A DNA stretch of 64,000 nucleotides from the sequence record OR545507.1; one strand, given 5' to 3'. Made by a program: the position numbers and the translations under genes. The notes beneath the pieces are model-generated. The model did not search any database, had not been told where the DNA came from, and saw only the letters and a program-made list of their open reading frames with translations. Shown here piece by piece: positions 10,002 through 19,091 of the stretch (within the stretch, counting starts at the first letter, position 1; each line of letters begins with the position of its first letter).

Positions 10002-10213
10002 AGTTTACTTTTAATTTCCATTAAAAGTGCTCTAATATGCTCATTGACAAATCGCTCTTGGGAATCTGTGTCTAGGGTGAGAAGCATTCTTAAATCGGAA
10101 CCTCTGATGGTATATTCTAAATCATTCTTTGATTCTCGCATAAGTTTCTGAAAGGATGAGAAGTGTAATCCCATGAGTTCAATGTATTCTGCTGTTCCTA
10201 GTGGTTTTGGCAT
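9998..10213 (-). CDS. GTxxQE-family small protein
   Basis: TLDTDSQE. Confidence 0.8.
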   Translation of the reverse strand: MPKPLGTAEYIELMGLHFSSFQKLMRESKNDLEYTIRGSDLRMLLTLDTDSQERFVNEHIRALLMEIKSKL

Positions 10214-10431
10214 TTTAGTTCAATAGCTCGTTTAAGTGTATTAATATAATCTTTAATGTCGTGTTCTTGATAGTTCGTTCCAAGGGTAGCTAGAACATAG
10301 ACTTCATTTCTCTTAATAATTTTATCCATATCTGGTATATCTGATGTGTTAATGACGAAGAGCTTCAAAAACAGTCCATTTATGATTGTTAGGTATTCTA
10401 CATCGGTAATGATTTTCATTTGCATTTGCAT
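10198..10431 (-). CDS. GTxxQE-family small protein
   Basis: TLGTNYQE. Confidence 0.8.
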   Translation of the reverse strand: MQMQMKIITDVEYLTIINGLFLKLFVINTSDIPDMDKIIKRNEVYVLATLGTNYQEHDIKDYINTLKRAIELKCQNH

Positions 10432-10637
10432 TTTCTCAGTACTGATTCTTTAAGTTCATTGATGTAGCACTCTACATATTCTTCTTGTAGGTTTGTTCCG
10501 ATATGTAACAGTACTCTTAAATCTGCTCTCAGTACTTCTTTGTCATCTTCATCTATATCAGACAGTGTTATGTTTAAGAATTTACTTGAACTCTCTATAA
10601 GTAATATTACTGAATCACCTTTGCTTAAAATTTTCAT
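10416..10637 (-). CDS. GTxxQE-family small protein
   Basis: HIGTNLQE. Confidence 0.8.
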   Translation of the reverse strand: MKILSKGDSVILLIESSSKFLNITLSDIDEDDKEVLRADLRVLLHIGTNLQEEYVECYINELKESVLRKCKCK

Positions 10638-10845
10638 AATCTCTTTTTGCTTTCCTCGCCAAAAGGTACATATACGATTCTTCGTATTGTGCTTGGTAGT
10701 TTGTGTTTAAGAGTCGAAACAACTTCTGTTCTGCTAGAACTAGTTGCTTATCTTCATAACAACGGTAGCGTATCAACTTTTTGTATTCGATGTTGATTAC
10801 ATCCATTACTATAAGCCCATGTTCATCATCTGTCAAGTGTTTCAT
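10615..10845 (-). CDS. GTxxQE-family small protein
   Basis: LLNTNYQA. Confidence 0.8.
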   Translation of the reverse strand: MKHLTDDEHGLIVMDVINIEYKKLIRYRCYEDKQLVLAEQKLFRLLNTNYQAQYEESYMYLLARKAKRDYENFKQR

Positions 10846-11084
10846 GCATTTTTTCTTTTTCTTATATGTTTAGTTAAAAGGTATATTAGTTTTCTGATGT
10901 ATTCTTCTTGATAGTTTGTTCCTAAGAGTGCAAGAAGTTTTGCTTCAACTAAAGCTAGTTGTCGTTCTTCGAATGTGTGTTCCAGTATGTACTTGGGGTT
11001 TGATTTTTTAGCGTAAGCACTATTAGTCTTCATTACAATCTTATGATATTCATTAGCTGTTAGGATTTTTAAATACTTGATCAT
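10842..11084 (-). CDS. GTxxQE-family small protein
   Basis: LLGTNYQE. Confidence 0.8.
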   Translation of the reverse strand: MIKYLKILTANEYHKIVMKTNSAYAKKSNPKYILEHTFEERQLALVEAKLLALLGTNYQEEYIRKLIYLLTKHIRKRKNA

Positions 11085-11304
11085 GTATCTTTTCCTTTAT
11101 AGAGAATTTAAGATATCGAAGCATACTTTCAATGTAATACTCTTGTCTGTCAGTGCCAAGAAAGTACATGAGTTGAATGTATAAAACTTCTGCACTCCTT
11201 TCCGCTGGAGACTTGTTTGTGTCGTTTGGAAGTTGATTTGTATGTTTTCTTGATTTAATTAGTCGTTCTTTTAACTCATCGTCTGTTAAGTATTTCATTT
11301 TCAT
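11053..11304 (-). CDS. GTxxQE-family small protein
   Basis: FLGTDRQE. Confidence 0.8.
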   Translation of the reverse strand: MKMKYLTDDELKERLIKSRKHTNQLPNDTNKSPAERSAEVLYIQLMYFLGTDRQEYYIESMLRYLKFSIKEKIHDQVFKNPNS

Positions 11305-11530
11305 TTACTTTTTCCTTAATAGTGATTTTAAGATATCTAATCATACGTGCAACATATTCCTCTTGTCTATCAGTTCCCAGAAGATATGGTAGTGATTGGA
11401 ATAATACTTCTGCACTCCTTTCTGCTGGGGTTTGGTTTAGGTCAATTGGACGTTTATTGGTATATCTCTTGGCACGAACTAATCTCTCGACGTATTCATT
11501 ATAGGTTAAGTATATCATTTCATTTTGCAT
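11276..11530 (-). CDS. GTxxQE-family small protein
   Basis: LLGTDRQE; close to 11053 and 11520 copies. Confidence 0.8.
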   Translation of the reverse strand: MQNEMIYLTYNEYVERLVRAKRYTNKRPIDLNQTPAERSAEVLFQSLPYLLGTDRQEEYVARMIRYLKITIKEKVNENEILNRR

Positions 11531-11750
11531 TTACTTTTTCCTTAATACTCATTATAAGATGTTCAATCATATTTTGAACCATAAATTCTTGTTTATCAGT
11601 TCCAAGAACGTATGGTAGCTTCTGAAACAATACATTTGCAGATACTTCAGATATTGATTGATTTGGAACGAACTTAAGAGTAATGTTTTTGGTTTTTAAC
11701 ATCTTCTCTTGAAATTCTTCATTCGTTAAGTATATCATTTCATTTTGCAT
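11520..11750 (-). CDS. GTxxQE-family small protein
   Basis: VLGTDKQE. Confidence 0.8.
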   Translation of the reverse strand: MQNEMIYLTNEEFQEKMLKTKNITLKFVPNQSISEVSANVLFQKLPYVLGTDKQEFMVQNMIEHLIMSIKEKVNAK

Positions 11751-11966
11751 TTACATTCTCTCATATATATTTTGGGTTAAAAGGTCAATCCAGATTTCCA
11801 CATATCGTTGTTGGTGTTGCGTCCCTAACAGTACACCCAACTTAGCTTCACACTCTAATAACAATCTGGTTTTGTATGGTAGACTTTGGAATCCTATAGT
11901 AGCATCTAATTTGGTAATTGCATAGTTGATTCGGATGAATCTTTCTTGCAATGTGATGTTGTTCAT
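11751..11966 (-). CDS. GTxxQE-family small protein
   Basis: LLGTQHQQ. Confidence 0.8.
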   Translation of the reverse strand: MNNITLQERFIRINYAITKLDATIGFQSLPYKTRLLLECEAKLGVLLGTQHQQRYVEIWIDLLTQNIYERM

Positions 11967-12253
11967 TTCTTAGTACACCTCAGTGGTTGGGTCATTTGAT
12001 AAAAGTACAGCTTACCTTTGATTTCCAGTAGTAACTCCGCGATTAAGCGATTTACTTCTGTATCTTGATAGTTTGTTCCTAAGAATACACCCATCTTTAA
12101 CTCACGCATCATAATCATTTTCTTACTGTGTTGAATTTCTGGGTTGTGATAGATTGTATTACGTTTGTGCGTAATTTTTGTCATACGCTCGGTATATTCA
12201 TCTTTACTTAAATTGATCATTTGCATGTTCATCAACCTCACATTTATTTTCAA
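11963..12253 (-). CDS. GTxxQE-family small protein
   Basis: FLGTNYQD. Confidence 0.8.
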   Translation of the reverse strand: MKINVRLMNMQMINLSKDEYTERMTKITHKRNTIYHNPEIQHSKKMIMMRELKMGVFLGTNYQDTEVNRLIAELLLEIKGKLYFYQMTQPLRCTKK

Positions 12254-12255
12254 TA

Positions 12256-12522
12256 CTATTCTTTAGTTTGTAGATATAGTTTTCTTCCAATGTATCTCTT
12301 AAGTGCGATTATGTATTCATCTACATAATACTCCTGATAGTTTGTTCCTATGAATGCACCCACCTTTAACTCAAGTTTCATAATCATCTTATTTCCGTGT
12401 TTAATGACTTCTCCGTGATGGATTTCATTAAGTCCAGGTGCAATTTTCACCAGGCGTTCTTTATATTTTGCTTGAGATAATTTAATCATTTTCATGTTAA
12501 TTACCCTTACATTTATTTTCAA
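12256..12522 (-). CDS. GTxxQE-family small protein
   Basis: FIGTNYQE. Confidence 0.8.
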   Translation of the reverse strand: MKINVRVINMKMIKLSQAKYKERLVKIAPGLNEIHHGEVIKHGNKMIMKLELKVGAFIGTNYQEYYVDEYIIALKRYIGRKLYLQTKE

Positions 12523-12727
12523 TACTATTCATGAGTTCTATAAGATAGTTTTCTACCTTACCTTCCTGATAGTTAGTCCCTAGGAAGTTGCACAACACGG
12601 CTTCTATGATTTTGATTTTCCTGATATCAGGCTTCAATCTTTTGTTATTGAATATTTGAATCCTTATATCTCTGGATGCATTTAAACGTTTTTGATATTC
12701 ATGGTAAGTTAAATGAATCATTTTCAT
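12497..12727 (-). CDS. GTxxQE-family small protein
   Basis: FLGTNYQE. Confidence 0.8.
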   Translation of the reverse strand: MKMIHLTYHEYQKRLNASRDIRIQIFNNKRLKPDIRKIKIIEAVLCNFLGTNYQEGKVENYLIELMNSIENKCKGN

Positions 12728-12942
12728 TTACGTTTAACCTCTCGCTGGAGGGCATCAATTAACATCAGTACAGCATTCTCTTGATAGTTTGTTCCTAAGA
12801 CTGAAAGCATCTTTATCTCATTTACTAAAATCAACTTCTTTGAGGGTTCAATAATGTGACTATCATAAACGGCCTTACGTGCTGGATAAGTTTTCGCCAG
12901 TATAACATAAAATTCGTCTTTACTTAAATTAATCATTTGCAT
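12724..12942 (-). CDS. GTxxQE-family small protein
   Basis: VLGTNYQE. Confidence 0.8.
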   Translation of the reverse strand: MQMINLSKDEFYVILAKTYPARKAVYDSHIIEPSKKLILVNEIKMLSVLGTNYQENAVLMLIDALQREVKRK

Positions 12943-13151
12943 TTACTTTTAACCTCTTTCTGTAGAGCGTCAATCCATAGATCTACATACATTTGTTGAT
13001 AGTTTGTGCCTAAGAGTGCACCTACATAGAGTTCAGTTACTAGTGCGTGCTTAAGGTTAGCTTGGATGCTCTTATCGCTTGATATCATTCTCCTTCTGCT
13101 TCCACATGTTTTCAGGAGTCTGATGTATTCAAAGCCTTGTAAATTTCTCAT
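12933..13151 (-). CDS. GTxxQE-family small protein
   Basis: LLGTNYQQ. Confidence 0.8.
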   Translation of the reverse strand: MRNLQGFEYIRLLKTCGSRRRMISSDKSIQANLKHALVTELYVGALLGTNYQQMYVDLWIDALQKEVKSKCK

Positions 13152-13363
13152 ATTTTGGATACCACCTTGTTACGTAAGGAACTTAATAATACGTCAGTGT
13201 AGATGTTTTGATAGTTTGTCCCTACGAATACACCCAACTTCATTTCAGCTATTATAACACATTTGTCCTCTTGTGCAATAGATTTGTTTAACACAATACT
13301 ATACACTTTTGATTTGATAGTTTGTAACCTCCAATGATACTGATACTCATTAAGGATTATCAT
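13148..13363 (-). CDS. GTxxQE-family small protein
   Basis: FVGTNYQN. Confidence 0.8.
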   Translation of the reverse strand: MIILNEYQYHWRLQTIKSKVYSIVLNKSIAQEDKCVIIAEMKLGVFVGTNYQNIYTDVLLSSLRNKVVSKI

Positions 13364-13598
13364 TCTCTTTCCTCCAGATTTCGGTTCTCATGTGTTGGCA
13401 GTGTGCATCAATATATTGCTCTATCGATCTGGCGATTGCTGTTTTATCAGTGCCTGTCATCAGTACAAGCATCTCGGCCTCACAGTGAAGTAAACGCATG
13501 ATATCATAGGGTAATATTTCAGATACCGTGTCATAGTGTTTCTGTGCCAGTGTCTGCAATAGTTTACAATACATTTTGTGATTTAGTCTTTGTCGCAT
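13350..13598 (-). CDS. GTxxQE-family small protein (divergent)
   Basis: EAEMLVLMTGTDK...IEQYIDA; motif has an insertion. Confidence 0.7.
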   Translation of the reverse strand: MRQRLNHKMYCKLLQTLAQKHYDTVSEILPYDIMRLLHCEAEMLVLMTGTDKTAIARSIEQYIDAHCQHMRTEIWRKENDNP

Positions 13599-13834
13599 TG
13601 TTTCTTCCATTCTCTTCTGGCTTGGCGGGTTTTATCTGATATTTCGTTTCTCAATGCAGAGATATATCGTAGAGTGAACAGTTCTTGATAGTTAGTCCCT
13701 ATGAATTTATTAAGATATACATCAGCGTTGACGATATCAGCTTCACGGGAATTATAAAGTTTATTGTTAGTGCGAAGGGTGTTTAGAAGAGAGAAGAGGG
13801 CAGTCTGATACTCAGTGCTTGATAAAGTTTTCAT
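13583..13834 (-). CDS. GTxxQE-family small protein
   Basis: FIGTNYQE. Confidence 0.8.
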   Translation of the reverse strand: MKTLSSTEYQTALFSLLNTLRTNNKLYNSREADIVNADVYLNKFIGTNYQELFTLRYISALRNEISDKTRQARREWKKQCDKD

Positions 13835-14069
13835 ATTTTTCCACAATTCGTTCATTTAGTTTTATCTGTATAAGATCCATTAGTTGTTCAAGATAATCGG
13901 TACAATATTTCTCTTGATATTGGGTTCCCACAAAGTACAGCAACCATAGCTCATGAACTTTAACTTTCATCTCGTTCCATGAAAGTGCATCGTCATCGTA
14001 GATTACTCTTGCTTCTGGGGTGAGCTTTCGAATTCTAAGTGAATATTCATCGTCCGTCAAGTGTTTCAT
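13812..14069 (-). CDS. GTxxQE-family small protein
   Basis: FVGTQYQE. Confidence 0.8.
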   Translation of the reverse strand: MKHLTDDEYSLRIRKLTPEARVIYDDDALSWNEMKVKVHELWLLYFVGTQYQEKYCTDYLEQLMDLIQIKLNERIVEKYENFIKH

Positions 14070-14224
14070 TTACATTTATCCCTTATTAGATTTGTGAGTG
14101 CAACTATGTGTTCATGGATATAAAAATTTTGATGAGAAGTTCCAAGAAAGTACAGCATCCATCCCTCACTCTGCTCGACTTCTAGTTTAGTATCGAGTTG
14201 GTCAGATATGTTAATGAAAACCAT
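14066..14224 (-). CDS. GTxxQE-family small protein (52 aa, not in ORF track)
   Basis: hand translation MVFINISDQLDTKLEVEQSEGWMLYFLGTSHQNFYIHEHIVALTNLIRDKCK; ATGA overlap. Confidence 0.75.
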   Translation of the reverse strand: MVFINISDQLDTKLEVEQSEGWMLYFLGTSHQNFYIHEHIVALTNLIRDKCK

Positions 14225-14448
14225 TAGTTCTTTTCCTTTCTTTCTATTTGTTTCATAAGAACATCGATATACTCACCCGCAAACCTATTCTGATACTGCG
14301 TCCCCATGAATTCCAACATCCATACTTCAGCAACCTTTTCTTCAATTTCAGTCCATTGTAAGTACATCATAGTGAAGTAAATGGTGTTCTCTTTTTTTCT
14401 GGCACTCTTAGCACGGGCCTCGTATTCAAAGTTATTAATGATGTTCAT
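14224..14448 (-). CDS. GTxxQE-family small protein
   Basis: FMGTQYQN. Confidence 0.8.
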   Translation of the reverse strand: MNIINNFEYEARAKSARKKENTIYFTMMYLQWTEIEEKVAEVWMLEFMGTQYQNRFAGEYIDVLMKQIERKEKN

Positions 14449-14662
14449 TACATTTGTCCATAATGTAATTCTTGAGTGCAACTATGTGTGCAATAACATA
14501 CTCTTCCTGGAAGTTCGTCCCCAGTACAGCCAACATGCGTACATCGGTGGTGTTTATCTTGTGTTCCAATCGAGTTAAACCTTTTATTTGTAAAAGGGTA
14601 TCGTATTTGTTTAATGCATCAATGATAATTCTCATCTTCTCAATATTACTTAAATGTTTCAT
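14435..14662 (-). CDS. GTxxQE-family small protein
   Basis: VLGTNFQE. Confidence 0.8.
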   Translation of the reverse strand: MKHLSNIEKMRIIIDALNKYDTLLQIKGLTRLEHKINTTDVRMLAVLGTNFQEEYVIAHIVALKNYIMDKCNEHH

Positions 14663-14871
14663 AGTTTACTCTTAATGTAGTTCTGAAGTTCAATTAAGTA
14701 TTTCCCTACATAATACTCCTGAAAGTCTGTATCCAAAAATGCACCCAAAAGTAAATCCTTCTCCATTGCCCTTGATAAGTTAAGGTCTGCATTTGAAAGG
14801 TATATAAGTAATATTTCAGTCTGGACAGAATTAAAACGTTTCTTATATTCTTCAGGTGTTAATATAATCAT
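14659..14871 (-). CDS. GTxxQE-family small protein
   Basis: FLDTDFQE. Confidence 0.8.
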   Translation of the reverse strand: MIILTPEEYKKRFNSVQTEILLIYLSNADLNLSRAMEKDLLLGAFLDTDFQEYYVGKYLIELQNYIKSKL

Positions 14872-15083
14872 AATTTGCTCCTGATGTATTTCTCAAGAGA
14901 TGACAAATACTTTTCCTCATAATACTCCTGATAGTCTGTTCCCAAGAATGCACCCATAAGTATTTCATTTTCCAATACCTCGGCTAAGTTTAAATCAGAC
15001 GTCTCTTCGTATATTATGAGGATTTCAAGTTGTCTGGCAGCGATGCGTTCAGTATATTGATATGAGTTTTCTATAATAATCAT
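14868..15083 (-). CDS. GTxxQE-family small protein
   Basis: FLGTDYQE. Confidence 0.8.
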   Translation of the reverse strand: MIIIENSYQYTERIAARQLEILIIYEETSDLNLAEVLENEILMGAFLGTDYQEYYEEKYLSSLEKYIRSKL

Positions 15084-15289
15084 ATTTTACTCTTAATATC
15101 TTCTATTAAAAATCGAATCCATTCTTCAACATAATCTTCCTGATGGTTTGTGTTCAGTACAGCCAACATGCGGATCTCTGCTCTTGCAACTTCAATTTCA
15201 GTTTTAGGCAGGTCTTTGCTGATATCCACCATTAAGTCCATGTATTTCAAGATAAGACCGTATGATTGGGTTCGTGTTATAGTTTTCAT
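15080..15289 (-). CDS. GTxxQE-family small protein
   Basis: VLNTNHQE. Confidence 0.8.
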   Translation of the reverse strand: MKTITRTQSYGLILKYMDLMVDISKDLPKTEIEVARAEIRMLAVLNTNHQEDYVEEWIRFLIEDIKSKI

Positions 15290-15486
15290 TGTTTCCTCGT
15301 GGACAATATTTTATTTTTCAATGTATCCATATATTGCCACACCCATCTACCCTGATAGTTTGTTCCCAATGTAATCAAAAGGTATAACTCCATTCGTTCT
15401 ACGTGTGTGTCTGTGTTGTAAATCTTTACGTAGTTTTTACGTAACAGTGATTGATATTCTTCTTTATTTAAAATACGCATTTTCAT
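15286..15486 (-). CDS. GTxxQE-family small protein
   Basis: TLGTNYQG. Confidence 0.8.
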   Translation of the reverse strand: MKMRILNKEEYQSLLRKNYVKIYNTDTHVERMELYLLITLGTNYQGRWVWQYMDTLKNKILSTRKQ

Positions 15487-15680
15487 AGTTTACTCGTTAT
15501 ATCTTCAATTAAATACCAAATCCAATCGTTGACATACCTTTCCTGAAAGTTAGTTCCAATGAATAGTGCCATAATTAATTCACGCTTATAGGCAATACCA
15601 CGGTCATGGGACTTATACATTATCATAGCCATGTTATTGATAAGTCTTTCGTGGTGCTGTTCTTTAGTTAAAATACGCAT
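15483..15680 (-). CDS. GTxxQE-family small protein (first of array)
   Basis: FIGTNFQE; AAGGGAG RBS before MRILTKE. Confidence 0.8.
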   Translation of the reverse strand: MRILTKEQHHERLINNMAMIMYKSHDRGIAYKRELIMALFIGTNFQERYVNDWIWYLIEDITSKL

Positions 15681-15710
15681 AGGGACTCCCTTAAAATTAA
15701 TATCAATCAT

Positions 15711-15739
15711 ATTTTATACGATTCATATAAAAAGTCAAT
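15711..15739 (-). promoter_or_regulatory. sigma70-type promoter for GTxxQE array
   Basis: TTGACT-N16-TAAAAT on minus strand. Confidence 0.55.
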
Positions 15740-15929
15740 AACATTTTATTCGTAATACCCCTTTATCGAAGTCGCTAAGGTTACCCGCCCTTTAGCCCCC
15801 TACGCATTTTGCCATAGTCCAATCCCTTTTATTTCAAAAAAGTCAAGGGATTACCTATGCATTTTTTTAACGCATAATTTTAAAAACGCCTTGACTTTTT
15901 TCTGAATCAGTACTAGATCCCTTTACGCA

Positions 15930-16139
15930 TTAATCCTTCGTTACGCTAACGATTATCTGTGTATCCCCGTAGTCCTGCCATACTTCCACGCCATCGGTCG
16001 CCCTGGTTAGTCGTGCTGTCATCTGCTTAATGGTCTTAGGCTTTAGTGGAACCTGTTGCAGTACTGTACGCATAGCATCATTGACGTTATCATGTACGCC
16101 TGCAATAGTACCTAGAACGCTGTATACTGTATAGAACAT
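15930..16139 (-). CDS. hypothetical early protein
   Basis: ORF with GGAGGG RBS. Confidence 0.7.
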   Translation of the reverse strand: MFYTVYSVLGTIAGVHDNVNDAMRTVLQQVPLKPKTIKQMTARLTRATDGVEVWQDYGDTQIIVSVTKD

Positions 16140-16162
16140 ATGTATGCCCTCCTGATATAGTT

Positions 16163-16183
16163 AAGGCCGCTACAAGGCGGCCT
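16163..16183. terminator. GC hairpin
   Basis: AGGCCGC-N-GCGGCCT stem. Confidence 0.5.
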
Positions 16184-16207
16184 ATGATGTTTGGTGATGT
16201 GTAACGC

Positions 16208-16609
16208 TTACAGTCCTAAGATAGTGCGTGCTTCGTTACGTTCCGTACACAGCTGCATGATGTGAGCAAGTAAGTCCTTGCTAATGTATCCGGTGTTCAT
16301 AGCTTCACGAATAGATACATCATACGCACCGAACCCCGTGCGAACGATACGCACATCATTCAGGTTAGTATTATAGATACCGCCGAGATCAACGGCTTCG
16401 AATACTACATCAACAGAATATTCATTGTTGCCATCGTGGAAGTTTTCCAGTGCAATAGTATTGGATACCGCCCAACGTTTGCAGTTTCCAATGATGCGGC
16501 ACTGTTCCGGTTGGATAGTACCATTACTTACAGCGTACTCCAGTGCATCTTTACCAAAAGTCCGAGCCAGTACTAAAACGTCAGCGAAGGAATTGATTGA
16601 GAAGGTCAT
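16208..16609 (-). CDS. hypothetical early protein
   Basis: ORF behind promoter-stem-loop; start MTFSINS. Confidence 0.75.
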   Translation of the reverse strand: MTFSINSFADVLVLARTFGKDALEYAVSNGTIQPEQCRIIGNCKRWAVSNTIALENFHDGNNEYSVDVVFEAVDLGGIYNTNLNDVRIVRTGFGAYDVSIREAMNTGYISKDLLAHIMQLCTERNEARTILGL

Positions 16610-16698
16610 GATAAAACTCCTTAATTTAGGAGGGAGAACCATTTCCCCCTCTCTATGTAAAACATTATACTTGATTCTAAGTACTATGCAAGTACTTT

Positions 16699-17031
16699 TT
16701 ACATTTTAATACCTGGATTCAGGTAGCGGTGAGATCCATATTCTGGATCGGTTTCGGTCCAGTACTGTAAATCGATAGTACCTTTCGCGTTAATCTTGTC
16801 TACCAGCTTATTCATCTTAGTGTATACTACGTCAGCATCGATGCGTTTAAAGCCAGTAGCTTTAGTGAAGTAGTAGTGATTTGCTTCACTATCATTAAGG
16901 ATATACCGAGCACCGTTTGCAGTCTGTGCGATAATGATTGAGTATTCTACTTCCCGATCCAGACCGTCGATGAATACAGATGAAACATTGGTACGGATGA
17001 AAGCTTTAACGATAGCGATTGAAGTACTCAT
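16699..17031 (-). CDS. hypothetical early protein
   Basis: ORF with own promoter and AGGAG RBS. Confidence 0.75.
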   Translation of the reverse strand: MSTSIAIVKAFIRTNVSSVFIDGLDREVEYSIIIAQTANGARYILNDSEANHYYFTKATGFKRIDADVVYTKMNKLVDKINAKGTIDLQYWTETDPEYGSHRYLNPGIKM

Positions 17032-17181
17032 TTTGAATCTCCTAACTTTGTGGGCCGTCGCACCATTGCCGCCCTACGAGATACATTATTGCAGTACTGA
17101 TATACTTTGTCAATACTTTTTTTATTAATAGTTTTCACCCCACCAGCAGATAGTTACTCACCGTTATTAACTATATATTTT

Positions 17182-17262
17182 AGATACACTCCTGCACCCA
17201 GTGGGCTAGTTTTTGTCTATGCGTATATAATAGCAAAGGGACTGACCGGAGTCAATCCCTTT
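17182..17262 (-). repeat. promoter-CCCANNGGGTGC element A (with terminator/promoter hairpin)
   Basis: GGGATTGAC-TCCG-GTCAGTCCC; TTGACT-N17-TATTAT; then GCCCACTGGGTGCAGGAGTGTATCT; no ORF. Confidence 0.8.
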
Positions 17263-17277
17263 TTTTATTCTTTTTTG

Positions 17278-17478
17278 TTAGATGATTCTCCAATCTTCTA
17301 CGATCATGGTAAGATAACGGACCATCGATTCAAGTGATTCGAATTCCCGATAGTCTGCCGCTCCACCAGCGGTACAAGTACAGCCGATTAAACCATTTTG
17401 TAATTCCTTAATCTGTACATCGATAAGGTTGGCTTTAGCTTCTTTCAGTACTTCAACCAGGGCGATAGCGATAGACAT
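17278..17478 (-). CDS. hypothetical early protein
   Basis: ORF behind promoter-stem-loop. Confidence 0.7.
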   Translation of the reverse strand: MSIAIALVEVLKEAKANLIDVQIKELQNGLIGCTCTAGGAADYREFESLESMVRYLTMIVEDWRII

Positions 17479-17567
17479 AATGTTTTACTCCAAACTATTG
17501 ACGGGAGAACTATTCCCCCGCTCTATGTAAAACATTATACATTACTGGTTAGTACTGTCAAATAGTT

Positions 17568-17825
17568 TTATGAAATATCTTCGATGTAGTCGGCCCATTT
17601 CATTTTTTCAGTACTGTCAATGGCTACCGGATTATTTGGATCAAACCATTCACCATTCCCGCAATACATACCCACGGCAACGGTTTTATATCCATCCTGT
17701 GCAGTACTCCACGACATAGCACGATAGATATGGCCTTTAACTGGTTGCAATACTGGTAATGTTTTATGGTCTTCTACGTAGGCCATAGCTTGAGGATTTA
17801 CCCGATATTGTGTGAACTGTTCCAT
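17568..17825 (-). CDS. hypothetical early protein
   Basis: ORF with own promoter and RBS. Confidence 0.7.
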   Translation of the reverse strand: MEQFTQYRVNPQAMAYVEDHKTLPVLQPVKGHIYRAMSWSTAQDGYKTVAVGMYCGNGEWFDPNNPVAIDSTEKMKWADYIEDIS

Positions 17826-17901
17826 TATGTTTCCCCTTGTAGTTAGTAAAGTTATTACATCAGTACTATCAAGCTATGTCAATAGTACTGAAATAAAACT
17901 T

Positions 17902-18126
17902 TTAGATTAGATTATTGATGCCGTTGATGGTAGACTCGCTTTCTTCTTTCTCCCATTGGCGGTAGTACTTCCATGCTTCATGATATGTGGCGATTAGTTC
18001 ATCTTTTTGATCCTGAGTACATGCCAGTACTGAATCACGGTGAGCGGTTTTATAGATAGAATCGAATGATTTCTTCTCTTCTGCCAGGTTAGCTACTTCC
18101 CGCATCAGTTCATCAAAGTTAGCCAT
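17902..18126 (-). CDS. hypothetical early protein
   Basis: ORF with GGAG RBS. Confidence 0.7.
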   Translation of the reverse strand: MANFDELMREVANLAEEKKSFDSIYKTAHRDSVLACTQDQKDELIATYHEAWKYYRQWEKEESESTINGINNLI

Positions 18127-18193
18127 TTTATTACTCCTTTTAGTGGGGGAGGATATCTCCCCCTATGCAAAACATTATACTTTGTTTTAGTTA

Positions 18194-18457
18194 TTATGCA
18201 AGTACTTTTTTCATATAAAGATTATATTCTACACCGCCGTAACCTTCTACGATGATATGTTTTGCGTTATCACGTTTGCACATAGTGAAACCGTTGTTGA
18301 TGTGTTCTGCATTTTCCAGGGCGACATCACCGATAGCGGCACATACGGCACTAATAACAGTATTCCGCAAAGTACTGGTATCATTAGCGGTCATAGTAGT
18401 TTGCAGTACTACGTTGTCGTATACGTGTGCATTGATAGTGATTTCGATAGTGTTCAT
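18194..18457 (-). CDS. hypothetical early protein
   Basis: ORF behind promoter-stem-loop. Confidence 0.7.
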   Translation of the reverse strand: MNTIEITINAHVYDNVVLQTTMTANDTSTLRNTVISAVCAAIGDVALENAEHINNGFTMCKRDNAKHIIVEGYGGVEYNLYMKKVLA

Positions 18458-18543
18458 GGTGTATCTCCTGGACTGGCGGGAGAACTATTCCCCCGCTCTA
18501 TGTAAAACATTATACGTTAATCTAACTACAATGCAAGTACTTT

Positions 18544-18735
18544 TTAAATTTTATTTCCGATATAGTCCGGTCTATTCTTTTCGGTCATACGCTTTGCTAA
18601 TGTTTGCATATGGCTTATTGCGTTTAATGTGTCTTCCTCCAGGGATGAATCAACATAATCAGGATCATTCTTCACCTTGCAATGATTATGATAGCGTAGT
18701 ACTGCCAGTACTTTTTTAACTTCTTCTACTGTCAT
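18544..18735 (-). CDS. hypothetical early protein
   Basis: ORF, ATGA overlap. Confidence 0.65.
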   Translation of the reverse strand: MTVEEVKKVLAVLRYHNHCKVKNDPDYVDSSLEEDTLNAISHMQTLAKRMTEKNRPDYIGNKI

Positions 18736-19004
18736 AATAAGTACCCCACTTCGTTAGCTTTCAGGTTAGTATCAATCATCAGTGGATTTTTGTAGTTCAC
18801 AAAACGATTAGTTTTCTCGATAGCGAATCCCATATAATCCAGCTTACTAACAGTACATTCATTCTTAAAAACTTCTTTCGCTGCATCGATGGCTGATTGC
18901 ATGGATAACCGACCATCTAAATTAATGTTTCCAAATGATCCACCAGCAGAAGTAGGATTACCGTTCATATCTTTAATGATCATAGTAGCGGAGTAGCTGG
19001 ACAT
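18732..19004 (-). CDS. hypothetical early protein
   Basis: ORF behind promoter-stem-loop. Confidence 0.7.
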   Translation of the reverse strand: MSSYSATMIIKDMNGNPTSAGGSFGNINLDGRLSMQSAIDAAKEVFKNECTVSKLDYMGFAIEKTNRFVNYKNPLMIDTNLKANEVGYLL

Positions 19005-19091
19005 AATTTTGTTTCCTTTTAGTATCGGGGAGAACTATTCTCCCCTTGATGTAAACTATTATACAGTACTGATATACTTTGTCAAATACTT

